From Thaumarchaeota archaeon CSP1-1 (GTDB lineage Archaea; Thermoproteota; Nitrososphaeria; Nitrososphaerales; Nitrosopumilaceae), in contig LDXL01000006.1 of assembly GCA_001443365.1 (NCBI GenBank), positions 1-32,000 on the forward strand: 32,000 bases of DNA, read 5' to 3'. Shown here in pieces: positions 20,326 through 27,977 of the stretch (positions are counted from its first letter, which is position 1; every line of letters starts with the position of its first letter). Below the pieces are notes generated by a model. That model worked only from the letters and a program-made list of their open reading frames with translations, was not told the DNA's origin and made no database searches. The position numbers and the translations under genes are program-made.

Positions 20326-20526
20326 ATGGGTTTTTTTAAAAAAATTAAATGCGATAAATGCGATAAAAAATTTTCAAAACAAGAAGAATTTATGAATCAT
20401 CAACAAATTGTTCATAATAAAGATCTACCATACGATTGTAAAGAGTGTAATCAATTTTTTTCAAGTATGGAGGATATGCGTACTCATCTACAAAGACATC
20501 ATAGTTATAAAAAAGATAGAATTTAG
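20326..20526 (+). CDS. Two-finger C2H2 zinc-finger protein
   Basis: KCDKCDKKFSKQEEFMNHQQIVH and YDCKECNQFFSSMEDMRTHLQRHH both fit the classical [FY]-x-C-x2-C-x3-F-x5-[LMF]-x2-H-x3,4-H pattern. The ATG abuts the TAA of the upstream gene. Confidence 0.75.
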   Translation: MGFFKKIKCDKCDKKFSKQEEFMNHQQIVHNKDLPYDCKECNQFFSSMEDMRTHLQRHHSYKKDRI

Positions 20527-20528
20527 TT

Positions 20529-20756
20529 TTAAATTCCTTTTATTGTTTTGACTATGGGAGCCCTGATTTTGGTAAAGACTCTAAATCCACATATGCATTT
20601 TATTTCTGGCAGTCTCGCTAATTCAGTATTTAGAACGTTAGTGCCACACCTCAAACAAGAATAAATTACATCAAATTTTGCAGAGTCTGTAGTTTCTTCT
20701 ATTGGGGTTTCTTCAATGGGAGTTTCAGGAATATCTTCTGCCATATCTTTATTCAC
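20529..20756 (-). CDS. rpoP: RNA polymerase subunit P (Rpo12/RpoP)-like zinc-ribbon protein with acidic N-terminal extension
   Basis: The C-terminal 45 aa, YSCLRCGTNVLNTELARLPEIKCICGFRVFTKIRAPIVKTIKGI, resemble archaeal RpoP (Y-x-C-x-x-CG ... L ... CP-x-CG-x-[RK]I ... K-x-R ... I-K-x-[IV]-K-A-I). It lies downstream of tuf-rps10. Confidence 0.6.
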   Translation of the reverse strand: MNKDMAEDIPETPIEETPIEETTDSAKFDVIYSCLRCGTNVLNTELARLPEIKCICGFRVFTKIRAPIVKTIKGI

Positions 20757-20786
20757 AATTTTCTATAATTTAAGGCTAACAAACAA

Positions 20787-21095
20787 TCACGTTAAAGATA
20801 ATTCAATGTAAACGTCATCTGGAATCTTTAGTCTCATTAGCTGTCGAATTGCCTTGTCATCAGCACTAAGGTCAATAATTCTTCTGTGCATTCTCATCTC
20901 CCATTTTTCATATGTTTCAGTACCGCTACCACATGGAGATTTTCTTGTTGCAATGTGTAGTCGCTTTACAGGTAGCGGAGTTGGTCCTTTTATTTTGACG
21001 CCGGTCTTATCTCCAATGCCCATAATTTCTGTACAGACACTATCTAATTTTGGCAAGCTAGTACTGGTAAGTTTAATGCGAGCTGATTGGGTCAA
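20787..21095 (-). CDS. rps10: 30S ribosomal protein S10 (uS10)
   Basis: ARIKLTSTS...LD.VC..I......G....GP.PLP...L...TRKSP.G.G..T.E.WEMRMH.R.IDL pattern. It lies immediately downstream of tuf. TTG start. Confidence 0.9.
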   Translation of the reverse strand: MTQSARIKLTSTSLPKLDSVCTEIMGIGDKTGVKIKGPTPLPVKRLHIATRKSPCGSGTETYEKWEMRMHRRIIDLSADDKAIRQLMRLKIPDDVYIELSLT

Positions 21096-21107
21096 TCCAA
21101 TAACCCA

Positions 21108-22406
21108 CTATGGTTTGTATTCTTCAGTAATATCTTTAACAATTCCTGCTGCAATTGTTGCACCCATATCTCTGAGTGCAAATCTTCCTAACTCAGGAAA
21201 TTCTGCAAATGCTTCAATTGGGGTAGGTCTTACTGGTTTAATTCGGACGATAGCAGAATCACCAACTTTAAGGAATTTTGGATCTTTTTCTTCAATTGCA
21301 CCAGATGCTGGATTAATTTTTGCCTCAAATGCAACAATTGTTGCAGCAACTTGTGCAGTGTGACAATGCATTACTGGAGTGTAACCAGGTGCAATAGCTG
21401 TTGGGTGGTGTATAATAATAATTTGTGCTCTAAATTCATTTGCACATTTAGGTGGTTTGTCTGGAGTTCCCATGACATCACCTCTTTTGATATCTTTTTT
21501 CTCAATGCCTCTCAGGTTAAAACCAATGTTATCACCTGCGGAAGCAGATGTCATTTCAGTGTGATGAGTTTCAATAGATTTTATTTCACCGATAGCACCA
21601 GATGGCATTATGATAATTTTGTCATTTGGTTTCATTGTACCAGTTTCAACACGTCCTACTGGCACTGTTCCTACACCAGTAATTGTATAAACATCTTGAA
21701 TAGGAACGCGTAGTGGTTTACCTGTTGGCTTTTCAGGATATGTAAAGTCATCAAATGCTTGAAGTAGAGTCTTGCCAGTCCACCAAGGCATGTTTTCTGA
21801 TTTCTTAACTAGATTATCCCCCATCCAACCAGATACGGGAATGATTGGTACTTGTTCAAGTTTGTAACCTACAGATTTGACTAGTGCTTCTCCCTTTGCT
21901 TTTGCTCGTTTGAATGCCTCTTCAGAATATTTACTATCATCCATTTTGTTAATTGCGACAATCATTTGGTTTACACCAAGTGTTTTGAGTAAGAAAGCAT
22001 GCTCTCTTGCTTGTCCGCCTGGAGCAACAGCAGTATCGGTTTCTCCTTCCTTTGCAGAAAGAACCAAAACAGCACAATCTGCTTCAGATGCACCAGTAAT
22101 CATGTTTTTGATAAAGTCTCTGTGTCCAGGGGCATCAATTAGAGTGAAAAAGTATTTTGGAGTTTCAAATTTTTGAAAAGCAAGATCGATTGTAATACCA
22201 CGTTCTCGTTCGTCTTTTATGTTATCCATTACCCAAGCATATTTGAAGGTGTCACCTTTTCCGGTTTTTTCAGATTCTTCTGCATGTTGGGCTATAGTTC
22301 TTTCATCAACTACACCAAGGTCCATTAGGAAATGACCCATTGTAGTAGACTTGCCATTGTCTATATGCCCAGTAATTATCAAGTTTAAGTGTGGTTTAGC
22401 TGCCAT
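21108..22406 (-). CDS. tuf: Translation elongation factor EF-1 alpha
   Basis: G motifs GHIDNGKST, DAPGHRDF, NKMD; 432 aa. A TATA-like TAATAAAA (reverse complement of 22429-22436) lies 23-30 nt upstream of the ATG. Confidence 0.97.
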   Translation of the reverse strand: MAAKPHLNLIITGHIDNGKSTTMGHFLMDLGVVDERTIAQHAEESEKTGKGDTFKYAWVMDNIKDERERGITIDLAFQKFETPKYFFTLIDAPGHRDFIKNMITGASEADCAVLVLSAKEGETDTAVAPGGQAREHAFLLKTLGVNQMIVAINKMDDSKYSEEAFKRAKAKGEALVKSVGYKLEQVPIIPVSGWMGDNLVKKSENMPWWTGKTLLQAFDDFTYPEKPTGKPLRVPIQDVYTITGVGTVPVGRVETGTMKPNDKIIIMPSGAIGEIKSIETHHTEMTSASAGDNIGFNLRGIEKKDIKRGDVMGTPDKPPKCANEFRAQIIIIHHPTAIAPGYTPVMHCHTAQVAATIVAFEAKINPASGAIEEKDPKFLKVGDSAIVRIKPVRPTPIEAFAEFPELGRFALRDMGATIAAGIVKDITEEYKP

Positions 22407-22526
22407 ATCGACTTCGTAGTGAGAGGGGTTTTATTACCATTTCGATTTTTTTGAAAAAAATCTAATTTTTTTTCAATTTTTTTTCATCAAGGACTTGGGT
22501 GAATTAGACATAAATCAAAGTGGGCA

Positions 22527-23675
22527 GTGAAACAAGCCATGAAAATTACTGTTTCTGTGATAAAAGCTGATGTTGGGGGTATTGGGGGTCATACAAGGCC
22601 AAGTGATGGATTATTAGGTGCAGTTAGAAAAACAGTAGAAAATTCAAAGGATCTGTTAATAGATTCGTACATTGGTTATTGTGGAGACGATGTTCACATT
22701 GTTATGACCCATACAAAGGGGGTTGATAACCAGCAAATTCATGAGCTTGCATGGAAAGCCTTTGAGGCTGGAACACAAGTTGCAAAACAAGAGGGGCTTT
22801 ATGGAGCAGGACAAGATCTTCTAAAGGACTCATTCTCAGGAAATGTAAAAGGGATGGGACCTGGAGTTGCTGAATTAGAATTTGAAGAGAGACCAAACGA
22901 GGCTTTTACAGTATTTGCTGCAGATAAGACAGAGCCAGGAGCTTTCAACTACCCATTTTACAGAATGTTTGTAGATGCATTAAGTAATACTGGATTAATT
23001 ATTAACAAGTCACTTGCAAAAGGGGTAAAATTTAACGTCATGGATGTAGAAGAGGGTAAAATTGCTGAGCTAAACTTGTGGGAAGACAAACCAACTCTTG
23101 AAGCTGCTTTAATGTATCCTGGTCGTTATGTAGTTGCATCAGTTTACACAAAGGATAATGAACCCATTGTTTCTTCATCCACTGACAGATTACACAACAT
23201 AGCTGGTAAATATGTTGGAAAAGATGATCCAATTTGCATTGTTAGAACTCAAAAAAATTTCCCAGCAACAGAAGAAGCAGGTAGTGCTTTTAATAATCCG
23301 CATTATGTGGCAGGAAATACAAGAGGCAGTCATCACATGCCATTAATGCCAGTCAAACTTAATTCGGCAGCTACAATTGATTATTGTATTCCAATTGTTG
23401 AGGCGCTTGTATTTAGCATGCATAATGGAAAACTAGTTGGGCCGCATGATGGTTTTTCAACTCCAGATTGGGACTACATACGAGAAATTGCCACTAAAAG
23501 AGCATTGGCAATTAGAAGTCAGGGATTTATTCATCCTGCAACACTTATTCCTTCAGAATTAGAATATGCTGAAGGCTATAAAGACAGAATGAAAGTTTTA
23601 GAAAATAAGATGAAGTCTTTGCCTGGCTCCTCAAGTAAAGGCAGAGCAAAAGGAAATTACGAAGATCCCGATTAA
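22527..23675 (+). CDS. fbp: Fructose-1,6-bisphosphate aldolase/phosphatase (archaeal class V FBPase)
   Basis: The N-terminus MKITVSVIKADVGGIGGHTRP and the ~380-aa length are typical of this family. The likely start is ATG 22539 rather than GTG 22527. Confidence 0.85.
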   Translation: MKQAMKITVSVIKADVGGIGGHTRPSDGLLGAVRKTVENSKDLLIDSYIGYCGDDVHIVMTHTKGVDNQQIHELAWKAFEAGTQVAKQEGLYGAGQDLLKDSFSGNVKGMGPGVAELEFEERPNEAFTVFAADKTEPGAFNYPFYRMFVDALSNTGLIINKSLAKGVKFNVMDVEEGKIAELNLWEDKPTLEAALMYPGRYVVASVYTKDNEPIVSSSTDRLHNIAGKYVGKDDPICIVRTQKNFPATEEAGSAFNNPHYVAGNTRGSHHMPLMPVKLNSAATIDYCIPIVEALVFSMHNGKLVGPHDGFSTPDWDYIREIATKRALAIRSQGFIHPATLIPSELEYAEGYKDRMKVLENKMKSLPGSSSKGRAKGNYEDPD

Positions 23676-23757
23676 ACAAATTATCATTAATTTTTACCCC
23701 ATTAAATGAAAAATTTCAATCATTGTTTTTTTGTGGACAAAGAGTTAAAAAGAAAAG

Positions 23758-24192
23758 ATGAACAATATAAAATGGCCAAAAATGAACAAATTAAAGCCCT
23801 TAATTGAGTTTAGATTTTTCATACTGACTGGAATTGGGGTACTGACTTTTTCTAACTTTATCATAGAATTATTTGGTCAAACGATTCCAAACATAGTAGG
23901 GGCATTTTTTAAAGATGTCGGGGTAATGGTTATCGTAGCAGCTGTTTTTGTATTTGCCTTCACCTGGTTGCTAAAAGCAAAACCTCACAATAAACCAAAA
24001 AAATATTCCCTAGTAGTATTTGATATATTTGGAAATAAATCAAACATCGAAGGAATACGTACGGAGTTTAAGATTCATGATGTTGCCTGGAGTTATATGA
24101 AACAATACAAAACATTGTATCCCCTTTACAACTTTGCGCTAGTATCTGATAATCCAAAATCCGAAAAAAAGACAATCTTTCGATACATTTAG
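23758..24192 (+). CDS. Hypothetical membrane protein (2 TM helices plus a soluble C-terminal domain)
   Basis: Hydrophobic segments FFILTGIGVLTFSNFIIELF and VGVMVIVAAVFVFAFTWLL. No motif recognised. Confidence 0.55.
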   Translation: MNNIKWPKMNKLKPLIEFRFFILTGIGVLTFSNFIIELFGQTIPNIVGAFFKDVGVMVIVAAVFVFAFTWLLKAKPHNKPKKYSLVVFDIFGNKSNIEGIRTEFKIHDVAWSYMKQYKTLYPLYNFALVSDNPKSEKKTIFRYI

Positions 24193-24230
24193 CAACTCAC
24201 TTTTATTCAGGATCCTATAAAAAATTTAGA

Positions 24231-26009
24231 GTGAAGTTTTCTATTCTAGCTGAAACTTTTGAAAAGATGGAGAATACGGCAAAACGATTAGAGTTAACAG
24301 ACCATCTAGTAGATTTATTCAAAAGTACCCCTCCTGATTTACTTGCCAAAGTAGTTTATTTGATTCAAGGCAAATTGCGTCCTGATTTTGAAGGAGTGGA
24401 GATAGGCGTTGCAGAAAAATTAGTAATTAGAGCAGTACATCGTTCAACTGCCATTGAAGTCAAGCGAATTGAAGAGGCCTATAGGAAAGACGGCGATTTA
24501 GGACATGCTGTTTCCAAACTTATTGAACAAAAAACACAAACAACACTGTTTGATGCAGTGGCAGGTGACAATCAAACTGTAGAATGGGTATATGATTCAT
24601 TGGTTAAAATTGCAGAGCTAGAAGGAAGTGGGAAAAATGTTCTAGATAAAAAAATGAATTATGTCTCTAGTCTTTTAAACAATGTCAGCCCAATTTCTGC
24701 AAAATTTATCATAAAAATACTAATTGGCACAATGCGTTTGGGAGTTGCAGATAATACAATTTTAGATGGATTAGCCATTGCTTACACCGATTCAAAATCA
24801 AACAGAGAAAAAATAGAGGCTGCGTACAATGTTTCAAGTGATCTAGGAAAAGTTGCACAAGTTGCTGCAAAAGAGGGACTCAAAGGAATAGAAGAATTCA
24901 AAGTTAAAGTTTTCAGTCCAATCAGACCCATGTTAGCTGATCGTGTAAAGAGTGAACAAGAAGCTATTGAAAAAATGGGTAAAAGATTTGCTGCAGAATA
25001 CAAACTTGATGGTGAGCGTGTACAAATTCATTTAGAAAATGGCAGGGTAGATCTTTTTTCAAGAAGACTAGAAAACATCAGAAGCTATTATCCAGATATT
25101 GTTGAAAATATACCAAAAGCACTAAAAGTAAAAAATGCAATATTAGAGGCTGAAGCAGTTGCTATTAATGAAAACAGTGGAGAGTTTTTACCATTTCAAG
25201 AATTAATGCATAGAAGAAGAAAATATAATGTAGACAAGGCAGTTTTACAATATCCAATCACTGTAAATTTGTTTGACGTCTTATACTTAGATGGAAAAAG
25301 TTGCCTGGATTTAGGCTATGAACAACGACGAAAATTATTAAACGATATTGTAGTTGAAGATAATTTTACCAAAGTAATTCCTCAAATATTGGTAACAAAT
25401 GAAAGCGAAATTGAAGACTTTCTAGAAAATTCAATTAATGCAGGATGTGAAGGTTTGATGCTAAAAGTTCTAAATGCGCCGTATAGAGCTGGAGCAAGAG
25501 GAAGCAATTGGTTAAAGCTAAAGCGAGAGTACAGAAATGATCTAGGAGATAGTTTAGACTTGGTTGTAATTGGTGCATTCTTTGGAAGAGGCAGAAGAAC
25601 TGGCAAATATGGAACTCTGCTTTTAGCAACTTACAATGATGATGACGATACATTCCCAAGTATTTGTAAAGTTGGAACGGGGTTTACTGACGAAAATTTA
25701 GACCAATTCTATCAAATCTTATCAAGTAAAGTAACTCTAAAGAAAAACCCTAGAATAAAAAGTGATATGGAAGCTGATGTATGGTTTGAACCAGAACTTG
25801 TAATTGAGATTGTTGCATCTGAAATCACTCTTAGTCCGATTCATAAAACTGCTCAAGATGCTATACGAAAAGGAAGTGGCTTGGCTTTGAGATTTCCAAA
25901 GTTTACAGGTAAAATAAGAATGGAAAAATCTCCAGAAAATGCTTCAACTGATCAAGAAGTAATTTCTCTGTACAAAGGTCAAACAAAAATTACTCAAAAC
26001 ACAGACTGA
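24231..26009 (+). CDS. lig: ATP-dependent DNA ligase
   Basis: Motif I AEYKLDGERVQIH (adenylated Lys), EGLMLK, WLKLK, LDLVVIGA. The N-terminus MKFSILAETFEKMENT resembles archaeal Lig N-termini. GTG start. Confidence 0.95.
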   Translation: MKFSILAETFEKMENTAKRLELTDHLVDLFKSTPPDLLAKVVYLIQGKLRPDFEGVEIGVAEKLVIRAVHRSTAIEVKRIEEAYRKDGDLGHAVSKLIEQKTQTTLFDAVAGDNQTVEWVYDSLVKIAELEGSGKNVLDKKMNYVSSLLNNVSPISAKFIIKILIGTMRLGVADNTILDGLAIAYTDSKSNREKIEAAYNVSSDLGKVAQVAAKEGLKGIEEFKVKVFSPIRPMLADRVKSEQEAIEKMGKRFAAEYKLDGERVQIHLENGRVDLFSRRLENIRSYYPDIVENIPKALKVKNAILEAEAVAINENSGEFLPFQELMHRRRKYNVDKAVLQYPITVNLFDVLYLDGKSCLDLGYEQRRKLLNDIVVEDNFTKVIPQILVTNESEIEDFLENSINAGCEGLMLKVLNAPYRAGARGSNWLKLKREYRNDLGDSLDLVVIGAFFGRGRRTGKYGTLLLATYNDDDDTFPSICKVGTGFTDENLDQFYQILSSKVTLKKNPRIKSDMEADVWFEPELVIEIVASEITLSPIHKTAQDAIRKGSGLALRFPKFTGKIRMEKSPENASTDQEVISLYKGQTKITQNTD

Positions 26010-26085
26010 GGCTAGTTCAATTTATTGAAGTGGTATTTTTTCACAAGGGTTTAAATTAACTTTCTATAGATAACAAATTTCGTAC

Positions 26086-26739
26086 ATGTATAGTGGGGAA
26101 TTAGAGGTTCAGGCAAAGAGAAAAGCAATAGCAGTTTTACAAGATGAAATTAATAGAATTCTAAATGCTGCAAGGAGTTTAGCTACTCTGCCAGAATTTA
26201 TGATGAAGAAAAATAAGGCAGAGGTTAAAAATACTCTAGCACAAATTGTCAACATTGAAGATGAGGTAGAGGCTCTTCGCCGAAAGATCACACGAGACGT
26301 TGCAGACGTTGGAGGCCTCATTATGAATAGAGAGAATCTCCTTAACACTGCCTATACCATGGATGAGATTGCAGGATACATCACTGGCATCTCATTCAAG
26401 TTATCTAACATCAAGCCTGCTACCCTAAAGACTGCAGATTTAGACAAAGATCTTACCGAATTAATTGAGCTAGTAGTAGATGAGGTTTACAAGCTTAATG
26501 AAATAATTCGCAGTCTAAATACAAATGCTTCAAATTCAATTGATCTTGCTCAAGAAACACAGAAAATTGAGAGAGAAATTGATACAAAATATCGAACAAT
26601 AACTATCAAGATTTTAAATGAAATCACAAATACTAAGGAAATTATGTTGATGAAAGACGTAATTGAAGGTATTGAGGAGATGGCAGATAAATGCCAAGAG
26701 GTTTCAGATTCATTCATTCTATTAGCATTGAGCATATAG
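26086..26739 (+). CDS. DUF47 / PhoU-like helical protein (TIGR00153-like)
   Basis: 217-aa all-helical protein with two similar halves (EDEVEALRRKITRDV ... IEREIDTKYRTITIKIL ... IEGIEEMADKCQEVSD), recalled as typical of DUF47. The family call is from memory only. Confidence 0.5.
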   Translation: MYSGELEVQAKRKAIAVLQDEINRILNAARSLATLPEFMMKKNKAEVKNTLAQIVNIEDEVEALRRKITRDVADVGGLIMNRENLLNTAYTMDEIAGYITGISFKLSNIKPATLKTADLDKDLTELIELVVDEVYKLNEIIRSLNTNASNSIDLAQETQKIEREIDTKYRTITIKILNEITNTKEIMLMKDVIEGIEEMADKCQEVSDSFILLALSI

Positions 26740-26740
26740 G

Positions 26741-27277
26741 TTGAAAAGTGAATTAATCGATAATCGAATTGTTGTTTGGAACATTAAGGATTCTCAAAAA
26801 CTTTTCATGAATGGGTATTATGGAAAACCAATTGGCATACCAAAACCAAAACTAAATGAAATTAACGTTCCACTTATTTTAGATCTTATGGAAGGATATT
26901 ATTTGCTTCAAAAATCAATAATTAGTATTTACAAAGTGAAAAAAAAGATTACAGAAACGGAAATGTTAGAAATTTGCAGAAATGAATACCATAATTTTGA
27001 TAAAAAATTTCTAGTTTACAAAAATTTTAGAGATAAAGGATACATAATTAATCCAGGAATTAAATTCGGATGCGATTTTGCAGTGTATCAAAAAGGTCCA
27101 GGAATAGATCATGCCCCCTACTTGGTTCAGGTTTACAACACAACTGATTCTATATCATCAACAGGAGTAGTACTTGCTGGAAGATTAGCTACTACGGTTA
27201 GAAAACAATTCATTTTAGCAATACCACATGGAAAAGATGATGTAAATTATTTAGCACTTGACTGGTGGAAAGCTTAA
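26741..27277 (+). CDS. endA: tRNA-splicing endonuclease
   Basis: NGYYGKP near the N-terminus and the catalytic C-terminal domain GYIINPGIKFGCDFAVYQKGPGIDHAPYLVQV...RLATTVRK. TTG start 2 nt after the upstream stop. Confidence 0.85.
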   Translation: MKSELIDNRIVVWNIKDSQKLFMNGYYGKPIGIPKPKLNEINVPLILDLMEGYYLLQKSIISIYKVKKKITETEMLEICRNEYHNFDKKFLVYKNFRDKGYIINPGIKFGCDFAVYQKGPGIDHAPYLVQVYNTTDSISSTGVVLAGRLATTVRKQFILAIPHGKDDVNYLALDWWKA

Positions 27278-27648
27278 AGGGCTTTAATGTGCCCTGCTAT
27301 TTTGTCATAAATTTCAAATAATTCTTTTGATATTCCAAATTCAAAATTGTTTTTCCATTTTCCATAAATTCTGACAGCATTCTCTGTTGGATCAACAAAA
27401 ATAGTAGCATCATTGACTGATTGTTTCTGAATCATTTCTGCAAGGGCAGAATCATCATCGAGTATTTTTGCTAACTTTCCACCATTCCATTTTACGCCTT
27501 TAATTTTTTTTGAACCAAAATGACCTTGAGTCGAAAGAATTGTTCTAGCTATAAAATCAGTATTATTTCTTTCAGTATTTTTTCGAACAATAAAATGAGC
27601 TTGAAATCTGTCCTGTGCGCCCCAAGGAAGTGGATTTGGATCTTGCAT
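27274..27648 (-). CDS. Hypothetical protein
   Basis: 124-aa ORF whose ATG lies 5 nt after the stop of 27653-27889. No motif recognised. Confidence 0.5.
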   Translation of the reverse strand: MQDPNPLPWGAQDRFQAHFIVRKNTERNNTDFIARTILSTQGHFGSKKIKGVKWNGGKLAKILDDDSALAEMIQKQSVNDATIFVDPTENAVRIYGKWKNNFEFGISKELFEIYDKIAGHIKAL

Positions 27649-27652
27649 CTTC

Positions 27653-27889
27653 TTAGCCCTTCTGAATTATTTGTACAACATCGATATTCGTTTTTTTAAT
27701 TTCTAAACATCCTTTATTGGTAACCATCCTAGGTGTTTGCGTAAAATACCTGCTGTAATAATCACCTTTTTCAATTTCATCAGTTCCAATATCTTTGGGA
27801 TTAGATTCTATACCTATTTTAGATAAAATTTCACTTAATCGTTGAGGATATGTCTTCAATACAATAGTGTCAGGTTCAGAATCATGCAT
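27653..27889 (-). CDS. Hypothetical protein
   Basis: 78-aa ORF, first gene of a two-gene minus-strand unit. No motif recognised. Confidence 0.45.
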   Translation of the reverse strand: MHDSEPDTIVLKTYPQRLSEILSKIGIESNPKDIGTDEIEKGDYYSRYFTQTPRMVTNKGCLEIKKTNIDVVQIIQKG

Positions 27890-27977
27890 ATCAAATGATG
27901 AATTTACCCCTCAAATAAAGATTAATTCAGCATTAGATGATCCAATTAAATAATACAAAAAGTTCATCATTCTGTCA

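Noticed and set aside
20854-22176. Plus-strand ORFs 20854-21363, 21351-21713 and 21877-22176
   Set aside because: They are antisense to rps10 and tuf, whose identities are unambiguous. They show typical shadow-ORF composition.
22464-22485. Tandem AATTTTTTTTC repeat considered as a CRISPR-like or satellite array
   Set aside because: There are only two 11-nt units, no spacers, and low complexity. I kept it only as a promoter-region curiosity.
27896-27975. Possible C/D-box sRNA (ATGATGA at 27896-27902, ATGATCC further on, CTGT near 27970). A similar idea applies to TGATGA...CTGA on the minus strand at about 40-80.
   Set aside because: Box spacing does not fit the C - 12 nt guide - D' / C' - 12 nt guide - D layout. 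The D box is degenerate and there is no terminal stem.
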